DNA of 29,585 bases, taken from assembly GCA_049692655.1 (NCBI GenBank), contig JBAVPB010000013.1, positions 1 through 29,585 of the forward strand. Direction: 5' to 3'. Source of the stretch: Chthoniobacteraceae bacterium. GTDB lineage: Bacteria > Verrucomicrobiota > Verrucomicrobiia > Chthoniobacterales > Chthoniobacteraceae. The notes below the pieces were generated by a model. That model made no database searches. It was given only the letters and a program-made list of their open reading frames with translations, and was not told the DNA's origin. A program made the position numbers and the translations under genes. Below are positions 17,249 to 25,227 of the stretch, in pieces (the stretch's first letter is position 1; the number at the start of each line of letters is the position of its first letter).

Positions 17249-18462
17249 GCCCGGTGACCGACGTGATCGCGCGGCGCTATCTGGCGAGCCGGGCGGGACG
17301 CACGGGTGCAGGCAGGCAGGACTTGATTTTTCCATTCAACGATCTGCTCCGCGATGCGGAGAGTCTCCAGGGGTCGGCGCGCCACGAGGCGATCGGGCAA
17401 CTGGAGAGGCTGGAGAAGGAGGAGTTGCTCGTGATCGAGCGTCATGCGCGGGACCGCTCTGCGATTCTCAAAGTGCGGCTGCCGGTTGGCAAAGGAGAGG
17501 CTTTCATCGAGCGGATCGGGCGGCAGGGACCGGAAAGCCAGCGGCGCGGGTTTGCGGAGATGATGGGCGCGGAGTATGCGCAGGCTGCGGTGCCGGAGGA
17601 ATATCGCGAGGATTGGCTGCGGTATTGCAGGCAGACTGCGGAAGCGGCGGCGCGGGGCGTTTCCATAGCGCCGCTGGACAGCGCCAATGTGGACGCGAGC
17701 CGGGAGTTGCTCGATGTCTCGGTGAAACTGCTGAACTGGAAGGGGGAATCGTATCTGCGGTTTGCGAGTTGCGTGGTGTGCGGCGACTCGAAGCGGCTCG
17801 GCAATTTGAAGAGCGGTATCGACCGGCTGCTGGAGCAGATCACGCAGGGGCGCGTGCGGTCGCTGGGCGACCTGGGAATCACCGAGACGGGCGGCGGATG
17901 CTGGTTGCACGGGCCGGGGACATTGATCACGCAGCGGGGGCAGGTGGATCTCGGGGCGCTGAATCTGCCGGGGCATTTTTCGAAGTCGGACCTTGCCGCG
18001 GGGCGGATCGAGTCGGACGCGCAACGCTGGATCACCGTGGAGAATGAGACGATGCTGCTGGAGCTTGCGAAGCTGCACAGCGGCGTGATGCTGATGAGCA
18101 GCGGGTTCCGGGGTGGCGTGGCGAACTCGGCTGTGGTGGGTCTTTTGCAATCGGCTCCGGACTCGGCTGAGTTGTGGCACTTTGGGGATTCGGACCCGAA
18201 GGGGTTTGATATCCTGCGCGATTTGCGGGAGCGGACGGGGAGGCGCATTCGTTCGTTGCACATGGTTTTCCGGCCGGCGGGTGATTCGCCGGCGCTTTCG
18301 GCGGAGGATCGCAGGATCATCCAGCGGTTGATGGTGTCGGAGGCGATGACTGTGGAGGAGAAGGCGGAGATCGGGGTGATGCTTGAGGCTGGCGTGAAGG
18401 GGTTGTATGAGCAGGAGAGCCTGGGACGGCCGGGGGCGGCTTGGATGTTTTACCAAGTGTAA
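17245..18462 (+). CDS. jetD: Wadjet JetD (Toprim/Topo-VI-A-like nuclease subunit, DUF2220-type)
   Basis: About 405 aa. Toprim signatures: Glu in WITVENETML (~18031-18060) and DxD in HFGDSDPKGFDIL (~18181-18210). The ATG at 17245 overlaps the jetC TGA (ATGA). The track start at 17239 is an upstream GTG. Confidence 0.85.
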   Translation: MSPVTDVIARRYLASRAGRTGAGRQDLIFPFNDLLRDAESLQGSARHEAIGQLERLEKEELLVIERHARDRSAILKVRLPVGKGEAFIERIGRQGPESQRRGFAEMMGAEYAQAAVPEEYREDWLRYCRQTAEAAARGVSIAPLDSANVDASRELLDVSVKLLNWKGESYLRFASCVVCGDSKRLGNLKSGIDRLLEQITQGRVRSLGDLGITETGGGCWLHGPGTLITQRGQVDLGALNLPGHFSKSDLAAGRIESDAQRWITVENETMLLELAKLHSGVMLMSSGFRGGVANSAVVGLLQSAPDSAELWHFGDSDPKGFDILRDLRERTGRRIRSLHMVFRPAGDSPALSAEDRRIIQRLMVSEAMTVEEKAEIGVMLEAGVKGLYEQESLGRPGAAWMFYQV

Positions 18463-18487
18463 CATTGTTATGATCGTTGGGACTGGG

Positions 18488-18509
18488 ACATGACAGAGCA
18501 TGTCCCTCC
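18488..18509 (+). terminator. Hairpin element (second copy of the 34-bp repeat) immediately after jetD; candidate operon terminator
   Basis: GGGACATG-acagag-CATGTCCC lies 26 bp after the jetD stop and is followed by a moderately T-rich tail (ctgttgttt). It has the same orientation relative to its upstream gene as copy 1. Confidence 0.45.
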
Positions 18510-19210
18510 ACGCGGCTGTTGTTTGAATGGAAAATCGTGGATTGCAGAGGGCGCAGCGAGGTTCGGAGAATGAGGCGGAGTTAGGTGTTAGATTCTGGTG
18601 CATGTCATGCCTTCTCTACATGAATGTGACGAGCATTCAGCGGGCACAACCCCGGTGGAGTTGGTGTGTTTTTCTTGTGGTTACCCAGGGTAGCCGCGTT
18701 GCGGCAACCCTGAGATGGAGGGCGGAACACCGTTGGTGTTCGGGGACATTTCTGTGTAGATGGTTGGGAGTTACCTATCATATCCGATTATAAACAAATA
18801 TATTTTGGCGACCGAGAAACGTAATAATGAAGATAAGAAGAACGTGCCGTTTCCCTCTGTGTTTTACTTGCGATAGCTTATTTGATGCCACTTTGTTTGT
18901 GGCAGGAGTGTTATTCCGAGTTCGATTGACTTGGAGTTACCGTATTAGTTATTCTAGCCACAGTTCTTTATAGCTTAATGGCCCGGCCTGGCGCCGGGTC
19001 AGCGGGGGAACCAAATATTCCGCAAGTGCGGATCGGGGCTTATGGCGCCTGCGGCGTCAGGAACACTTGGTAGTTCCAGCCCGACAGCTAACCTCGTCAG
19101 CATTACCGGGTATAAGGGCTGTCCTGAAAAGGCTGCACCTGACTCGCAATAAAACAAAAGCTCCAGCTCACGCAGGGGCCGGAGGAAGATAGTTAGGAAG
19201 AGGCAGTGTT

Positions 19211-20518
19211 ATGAAACTTCTCACGAAGTTTGCTATGTTAGGTGTGTTGTGCGCCCTGATATGGGGCGCGGAAACTTACTGGGTGAATGTGATGCAGTCG
19301 GATATCTCCAGGGAACTGGCGATCCGGCAACTGAATGGAGGCAACGGCGCGTTTGACAGGTTGCGCGCGTTTGAATCCACAAAAGACATCATCCATACGG
19401 CTTGCACGGTCGCGATGATCGTGGGGGCGTGCGTCGTATTCTCCACGCCACCGTCGAGGAGCCGGCATCTCACGATGTGGCCGATGCTCATCCTCATGAT
19501 GAGCCTCACCGGCTGTGTGCGGCAGTTTGACAAGCCGGAGTATGCTCTGATCGATACTTCCGAGACGGGATTCCTGATCCCGCTGGAAGGCAACAGTGGC
19601 GAACAGGCGAAATTTGAGTCAGAAGAATACTTGAAGGCCAACAAGGCGCCGTCGAAACGCGTGCAGATCACGCACCGGTGGTCGCAGGAGGGCCGTTTCC
19701 CGACGGATGGGCAATGGATACCCAACGTGCGCCTGATCAAGGTGGACCGCTCGCCGGTGACGCGCGAGTGGACTGCGGACTCGACGACAGGCACATCGAA
19801 CAAAAACCAGGCGATCTGGATCGAGAGCGCGGACAGCGTGGGGTTCAGCATGGGCTTTACCTGCACGGCTTACATCCCCGAGGAATCGGCTGCGAAGTTC
19901 CTCTACTGGTACCCGAGTGGGTCGCTTGCGCAGGTGATGGACACGGAGATCCGGGGCCGAATCCAGCAGGCGGCGTCGGAAGTTGCCGCGAAATATCCGC
20001 TCGATTCGTTGCGGGAAAAGAAACAGGAAATCTGCGATGCGGTGCGCAGCAATGTGACCGATTTCTTCCTCGCGCGCGGCGTGGTGGTGACCACGATCGG
20101 CATGTTTGGCGGCATGACGTACGAGAACCAGGAGATCCAGAAATCGATCGATGCCACGGTGATCGCGCAACAATTGAAAGTGGTGAACCAGGCAAAATTC
20201 GAGGCGCAGCAGAAGGACAATGAGCGCGTGGAACTGGAAGCCAACGCGACGGCCGAGAAGGCGCGGCGCATTGCCTCGGGTGAGGCCGATGCGAAGAAGA
20301 CCATCGCGCTTGCGGAAGCGCAGGCGATCCGCGAGATCAACAAGGCGCTGAGCGAAGGTCAGCAGAATCCGCTGCTCTACCAGTTCAAAACGCTGGATGT
20401 GGAGAAGGCGCGGGTGGAAAAATGGAATGGTGCGTATCCGAACTACTACATCAGCTCCGGTGGCGGGAATGGCGCCGCGGCCATGCTGCTGCAAGTGCCG
20501 CCTCCATCCGTGAAGTAA
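19211..20518 (+). CDS. SPFH/band-7 (prohibitin/HflC-like) domain protein; possible lipoprotein from an internal start at 19475
   Basis: 435 aa. The C-terminal region (RIASGEADAKKTIALAEAQAIREINKALSEGQQNPLLYQFKTLDVEKARVEKW) resembles the HflK/C-prohibitin coiled-coil tail. An internal ATG at 19475, preceded by GAGGAG, gives MWPMLILMMSLTGC (lipobox L-T-G-C). The upstream 88 codons encode two hydrophobic helices. Confidence 0.6.
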   Translation: MKLLTKFAMLGVLCALIWGAETYWVNVMQSDISRELAIRQLNGGNGAFDRLRAFESTKDIIHTACTVAMIVGACVVFSTPPSRSRHLTMWPMLILMMSLTGCVRQFDKPEYALIDTSETGFLIPLEGNSGEQAKFESEEYLKANKAPSKRVQITHRWSQEGRFPTDGQWIPNVRLIKVDRSPVTREWTADSTTGTSNKNQAIWIESADSVGFSMGFTCTAYIPEESAAKFLYWYPSGSLAQVMDTEIRGRIQQAASEVAAKYPLDSLREKKQEICDAVRSNVTDFFLARGVVVTTIGMFGGMTYENQEIQKSIDATVIAQQLKVVNQAKFEAQQKDNERVELEANATAEKARRIASGEADAKKTIALAEAQAIREINKALSEGQQNPLLYQFKTLDVEKARVEKWNGAYPNYYISSGGGNGAAAMLLQVPPPSVK

Positions 20519-20542
20519 CGGGTACAGCGACTATGTCCTCGA

Positions 20543-20580
20543 AACGGAAGGCGCCGGGATGGGCCTTCCGTTTTTGTTCA
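20543..20580 (+). terminator. Rho-independent terminator after the SPFH gene
   Basis: CGGAAGGC...GCCTTCCG stem followed by TTTTTGTTC. It begins about 25 bp after the stop at 20518. Confidence 0.6.
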
Positions 20581-20762
20581 ATCAGATGCTTTTAAGAATT
20601 TAACCGCAAAGAGCGCGAAGGACGCAAAGGGGGGAGGAGGGAACTTCCAACTTCCAATTGCCGCCCACGCTCTTTTAAAAAAAACGCCGACTGCTGCATA
20701 TCATTATTTCAAACTATCGCGGGATCAGGTAGTCTGGATTCTGATTCTGGATATTTTGAAAC

Positions 20763-20960
20763 ATGGACTACGATATTTGCGATCCTTCCATCCGTTGCCG
20801 GGCCGACAAGGTCGGTGCGACGGTATTTGTCATCGAGCGGGGCTCAGGAAGGGCGTGCCGGGTGCTGGCTTACAATGAGCGCGATGCGGAGCGGCTGGCG
20901 CGCGAACATTTAGCGGATGAAAAGCCTGCCGATGAGGGGCCGTCGTTGTTTGATTTTTAA
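20763..20960 (+). CDS. Small hypothetical protein (65 aa)
   Basis: ATG-initiated ORF after a terminator and an AT-rich promoter-like stretch (tttaaaaaaaacgcc...gatattttgaaac). No recognisable motif. Confidence 0.35.
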   Translation: MDYDICDPSIRCRADKVGATVFVIERGSGRACRVLAYNERDAERLAREHLADEKPADEGPSLFDF

Positions 20961-21085
20961 AACGACGCGATGTTTTTGAAACCGGAGACCGGCAGGCGAA
21001 CCATGTTTAATTTTTGTGGTCGCGTGCGGGGTGGAGCGGAGTTACTTTCGGTCCAGCACAGAAAAATCCAACCGAGGCAAACCCC

Positions 21086-21823
21086 ATGACTGGCAATCCA
21101 ACTCTGAATCAAAACACTTTCACCGATGTAAGAGGGGCGACGGGGCAGGAGGCGATGACGGTGCAGGGGACGGTGAACAAGGCCTCGATCCTGCTGATCC
21201 TGGTGACGCTGGCGGCTTCCTACACATGGCACATGATGGCGACGGGGGATACGCAGAATGCGTCAATGTGGATAACCGGGGGAGCGATCGCTGGTTTTGT
21301 TTTTGCGATGATCACGATCTTCAAGAAAGACTGGTCGGCGGTGACTGCGCCGATTTATGCGATTTGCGAGGGGCTTTTCATCGGGGCGTTGTCCGCGATG
21401 TTTGAGAAGATGTATCCCGGGATCGTGCTGCGGGCGGTGATGCTGACATTTGGCACGCTGGCGGCGCTGCTGTTTGCCTACAAGACACGGCTGATCGTGG
21501 CCTCGGATAATTTCAAGCGCGGGATCGTGGCGGCGACGGGCGGGATATTCCTGCTCTACATGGCGACGTGGATCCTGAGTTTTTTCCATGTGAATGTGTC
21601 GTTCCTGTACGGGAACAGCATGCTGAGCATCGGGATCAGCCTTTTCGTGGTGGTGATCGCGGCGCTGAACCTGGTGCTGGACTTTGATTTCATCGAGCAA
21701 GGGGCGAGGGCGGGCGCGCCAAAATACATGGAGTGGTATGGGGCGTTTGGCCTGCTGGTGACGCTGGTGTGGCTCTACCTGGAGATCCTGCGCCTGCTGT
21801 CGAAGCTGAACCGGCGGGATTGA
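21086..21823 (+). CDS. Bax-inhibitor-1/YccA-family seven-TM membrane protein
   Basis: Start chosen at the ATG at 21086 (GAGG 8 bp upstream). The track ORF begins at 21014. N-terminus MTGNPTLNQNTF...GQEAMTVQGTVNKASILLILV followed by about seven hydrophobic helices is typical of the BI-1/YccA family. Confidence 0.6.
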   Translation: MTGNPTLNQNTFTDVRGATGQEAMTVQGTVNKASILLILVTLAASYTWHMMATGDTQNASMWITGGAIAGFVFAMITIFKKDWSAVTAPIYAICEGLFIGALSAMFEKMYPGIVLRAVMLTFGTLAALLFAYKTRLIVASDNFKRGIVAATGGIFLLYMATWILSFFHVNVSFLYGNSMLSIGISLFVVVIAALNLVLDFDFIEQGARAGAPKYMEWYGAFGLLVTLVWLYLEILRLLSKLNRRD

Positions 21824-21828
21824 GGATT

Positions 21829-21861
21829 CGACGCCCATAGGGCGTAGGCACGCTACTTTTT
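21829..21861. terminator. Hairpin between the convergent BI-1 and GH38 genes (candidate bidirectional terminator)
   Basis: ACGCCC-ata-GGGCGT stem-loop at 21831-21845, then CTACTTTTT. Confidence 0.4.
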
Positions 21862-23979
21862 CAAGCCGGGCATTCCCCGGGTGACATCGGCGATGAGGGG
21901 CTCACGTTGCAATGCGAGGGCATCCTGCTCAAGCCGCGCGGCAGTGACATTCCCCGGGGGATAGAACCGGAAGGTGAACGATTGTTCGCCCTGGTCGCTG
22001 AAGGCCAGGCGCTTCTCCATGATCTTCGGGTACGGCTCGTGGTGCGCCATGATTGCGGAGCGCAGGAGCGTCAACCGAATTTCGCGCTGCGTGCCGCCGA
22101 GTGAAAATGTGTCGGGTAAGACGACGCCGGCCTTGCGGCCATCGCCGAGCGTGAGGAGCGTGCGATCCCGGACGGGGCGCTCCCGGCCATCGCTCTCGCG
22201 CAGCAAGCCGCCGCCGGAGACGCCGTCTTCGCGGTGGAGGATGGTGTCGCCGGGCTGCCAGTTGAGCCTGAGCACGCGGTGCGCCTCGAGCCAGGTGACG
22301 CGCAGGCGCAGCTCCAGGAATGGTTCACCGGAGTAGCGGCGCCATTCGGCAAACAGTGGGCTGGCGCCGATCTTTCCTTTCACCAGCCATGCGTGGCGCA
22401 AGGGGCCGGCCTCGATCATTTCGGGGCGGTTCCATTTTGGCTCCGCGACCACTTTTCCATCGTAGGAATGCACGCCGTGCGACCATGTGTCGCTTTTGTC
22501 GGCGATCAATTGCAGCGCGGGAACTTCCCAATCCAGATCGGCGGCGATTATTCGCAGGGCTTTTCCTTTTGATTGCAGCGAGAAGGCGGCGGTATCCCGC
22601 AGTGCCGGAGCTTTCTTTTTGCGCACGCAGATTCGCAGGATACGCAGTTCGTTCTTTTTGACTTTGACCTTGAAAAGCAGGGCGGGGATGCGCCATTCCA
22701 CGACCGCCTTGTGCTGGATGCGCTGATGAGGAATCTCGCGGTTTTTTTCATCGAGCAGGCAAAAGTCGGTTCCCCACGGCAGGCCTTCCATCCAGGGCTC
22801 GTGCTCGAGCCAGCCGTCGAAATCGGCGCCGCTGAAATTGCCGATGACGAGGCGCTGACGGATGTCGGGCACGAGCTTCGGCGCACGGCGGCGGAGGGCA
22901 AGCTGGAGGACTTCGTCGCCGACGGCGCGGGCCATGCCGAGTTGCGCATCGGCCTGCACGTAGGAAGCGGGCAGGCATGTGCCGCCGAGCGTGTCGTGGA
23001 AATGATTAAAGCAGGTCCATTTCCACGCCTTCTCGATTTCGGGCGCGGAGGCTTTTGCGAGGGAAGGATCGTGGCGCAGCGCTTCCTCCGCCTGGGCGAG
23101 CAGATTCTCGGCGGAGCGCACGCCGGTCTTGATGGAACGATGGACGCTATAGCAACCGACGGCGTGCATCTGGAGCTCGCCGGTGACGAGCGGCAGTTTG
23201 TTTTTTTCACGGGCCACCGCCTTGAAAAAACGGGAGGGGGATGAGAACTCGATGCGCGCGCCGGGGATGATGTCGCGGTTTGCACGGAGCCATGCGATCA
23301 TTTCCTCCGTGGGGCCGCCGCCGTGATCGCCGACGCCTGCGAAACACATGGTGTGATTTATTCCCGGAGGCAATCCGGTAAGGCTCTTCTCAAGCAGGTC
23401 GGGCTTGAAGCCGGTTTTCAGGTTGTCGCCATTGTAGGCACCGGCGATGCGGAAGGTGACGATCTCGTTTCCGCCCGGGGCGGTGCGCCAGCGGAAGAGG
23501 CGCGCGGGCAATTCCATTTCGTGCTCCTGGGGACGCATCATTATGTAGTGCTTCTGCCCTGCGGCGGCGATCAATTGCGGGAGGTAGGCGGTGTGGCCGA
23601 AGGTGTCCACGTTGTAGGCGGTGGCGGGGAAAATTCCGAAGCGGCTTTTGAAGTAAGCGCGGCCGAGCTCGATCTGCTTTTGCAATCCCTGGTAGCCGGG
23701 GAGGTTGCAGTCGGGCTGCACGTACCAGCCGCCGACAATTTCCCAGCGGCCGGCCTTGATGTGGCGGGCGATGCGCTGGAAGAGAGCGGGGTCGATGCGC
23801 TCGACCTGCTCGTACACCCAGGCTTCGCCGCGGGTGAAGGTGAGGTCGGGGTGACGGTCGAGCATGTTGCACATGCTGTCGCAGGTGTTGAGGATTTCAT
23901 CCAGGCCCGATGACCAGTGCCAGAGCCAGACGGGATCGATGTGGGCGTTGAAAATGATGTGGATGGTCTTGAGGCTCAT
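21853..23979 (-). CDS. Glycoside hydrolase family 38-like (alpha-mannosidase-type N-terminal domain) protein
   Basis: About 708 aa from the ATG at 23979 (MSLKTIHIIFNAHIDPVWLW, resembling the GH38 HxHxDxxWLW metal-binding start; GGWYVQPDCNLP). The 16 extra N-terminal codons in the track are a translated copy of intergenic repeat C. Confidence 0.55.
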   Translation of the reverse strand: MSLKTIHIIFNAHIDPVWLWHWSSGLDEILNTCDSMCNMLDRHPDLTFTRGEAWVYEQVERIDPALFQRIARHIKAGRWEIVGGWYVQPDCNLPGYQGLQKQIELGRAYFKSRFGIFPATAYNVDTFGHTAYLPQLIAAAGQKHYIMMRPQEHEMELPARLFRWRTAPGGNEIVTFRIAGAYNGDNLKTGFKPDLLEKSLTGLPPGINHTMCFAGVGDHGGGPTEEMIAWLRANRDIIPGARIEFSSPSRFFKAVAREKNKLPLVTGELQMHAVGCYSVHRSIKTGVRSAENLLAQAEEALRHDPSLAKASAPEIEKAWKWTCFNHFHDTLGGTCLPASYVQADAQLGMARAVGDEVLQLALRRRAPKLVPDIRQRLVIGNFSGADFDGWLEHEPWMEGLPWGTDFCLLDEKNREIPHQRIQHKAVVEWRIPALLFKVKVKKNELRILRICVRKKKAPALRDTAAFSLQSKGKALRIIAADLDWEVPALQLIADKSDTWSHGVHSYDGKVVAEPKWNRPEMIEAGPLRHAWLVKGKIGASPLFAEWRRYSGEPFLELRLRVTWLEAHRVLRLNWQPGDTILHREDGVSGGGLLRESDGRERPVRDRTLLTLGDGRKAGVVLPDTFSLGGTQREIRLTLLRSAIMAHHEPYPKIMEKRLAFSDQGEQSFTFRFYPPGNVTAARLEQDALALQREPLIADVTRGMPGLKK

Positions 23980-23997
23980 GGGATACGCAATAGCAGA

Positions 23998-24027
23998 GGG
24001 TTGGCAAGGGTTGATTAGCCCTGGCAA
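23998..24027 (+). repeat. Dispersed intergenic repeat, copy C (direct relative to copy B)
   Basis: GGGTTGGCAAGGGTTGATTAGCCCTGGCAA. It is identical to the core of copy B except for one base. It lies 19-48 bp upstream of the GH38 start codon. Confidence 0.7.
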
Positions 24028-24036
24028 ATGAATGAT

Positions 24037-25128
24037 TTATGAGGTGAGCGGGGGGTCGGCGTCGCCGGGGTTGCCCCAGGTGGATTCGGTGGCGTGGCTG
24101 GTGGTGGTTCGCACCAAGCCGGGGAGGACGGCGATGTATTTGCCCTGCTTGACGATGGACTGGGGACTCCATTGGGAGATCCACCAATCCTCGTCGGCGC
24201 CGCGATGCGGGGCGCCGGGGCGGTGGCGGGGGGCCTGGTAGTATGCGGTGGGGATGGGGAGCATTTTTTCCCAGTAGTGGCGGTGGGCGTGGAGGTGGAT
24301 GCCGGGGCTCATGCGTTGCAGGAGGATTTTGGTGCCGTTGATTTCGCGTTCGCCGTAGGTTTTGTGGAGGGGGTTGTGGCGGCCGGTGAGCAAGGGGTAT
24401 TCGACGGGGTGCTGGACGCGGGCGAGGGCGGTGAGAAGGTCTGGGCGGACTTCGACGTCGTCCTGCAGGTAGCAGATCCACTCGACGCCGGGATCGGCAA
24501 GCCAGTAGGAGAGGCCGATGTTGAGGGCGGCTGATAAGCCGCGGTTTGCGGGGAGGTTGAAGAGGCGGGCGCCGAAGTGTGCGGCGAGGCGGGCGTAGGG
24601 GGCGGCGTGTTCCGGGGCGGAGCCGTCGTTTACTACCAGGATGGGGGCTTTGAGGAGGGAGATGCTTTGCAGGGAGTGCTCGAGGCGGTCGGGGCGGTTG
24701 AAGGTGGTCATGAGGATGACCGTGGTGGGGCGGGAGAACTCGGAGTTGTTCCGGAAGGAGGGGGTGTAGAAAGTGTCGGGATCCCGGATTTTGTCGCGGA
24801 AATTTTGGATATGCTCCCTGCCGCGCGGTTCGGTGGGGGCGGGGTGATTGAATGTGTAGATGACGAAGACTTCGTTTCCAAAAAGGGGGACGGCTTCGCG
24901 GAGGAGGAGGTCGCAAATTTCCCTGCCGACCTCCTCGATGGCACCTTTGTGGATGACGAGGGCATCGAGCTGGCGGATGTCCACATGGCGGGAGACGCTG
25001 TAGGGGTAGGTGCGCGGGTACATCTCGTGAAATTCATTTGGCGCGAGGATGGTGGCGCTTTCGTCGAAATGCGCGGCGAGAAAATCGGCGGCGGATTTCC
25101 AGTATTCGTCGTGGTAGGGAAAATTCAT
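24037..25128 (-). CDS. Glycosyltransferase family 2
   Basis: 363 aa from the ATG at 25128 (MNFPYHDEYW...). GT2 blocks: TTVILMTTFNRPDRLEHSLQSI, VVNDGS, LPANRGLSAALNIG, and DDVE (acceptor/DXD). The track ORF extends to 26259 only as a frame-shadow over the opposite-strand GT4 gene. Confidence 0.75.
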   Translation of the reverse strand: MNFPYHDEYWKSAADFLAAHFDESATILAPNEFHEMYPRTYPYSVSRHVDIRQLDALVIHKGAIEEVGREICDLLLREAVPLFGNEVFVIYTFNHPAPTEPRGREHIQNFRDKIRDPDTFYTPSFRNNSEFSRPTTVILMTTFNRPDRLEHSLQSISLLKAPILVVNDGSAPEHAAPYARLAAHFGARLFNLPANRGLSAALNIGLSYWLADPGVEWICYLQDDVEVRPDLLTALARVQHPVEYPLLTGRHNPLHKTYGEREINGTKILLQRMSPGIHLHAHRHYWEKMLPIPTAYYQAPRHRPGAPHRGADEDWWISQWSPQSIVKQGKYIAVLPGLVRTTTSHATESTWGNPGDADPPLTS

Positions 25129-25227
25129 TGCGGATCGTGCCGGCAGGTCGCAATGTTTCGCGAACTTCCCAAGCAGTGAAAGTTTGTTAGCCTCAAAAGC
25201 GGAGGCAAGAAAGCCTTTTTCCACAGA

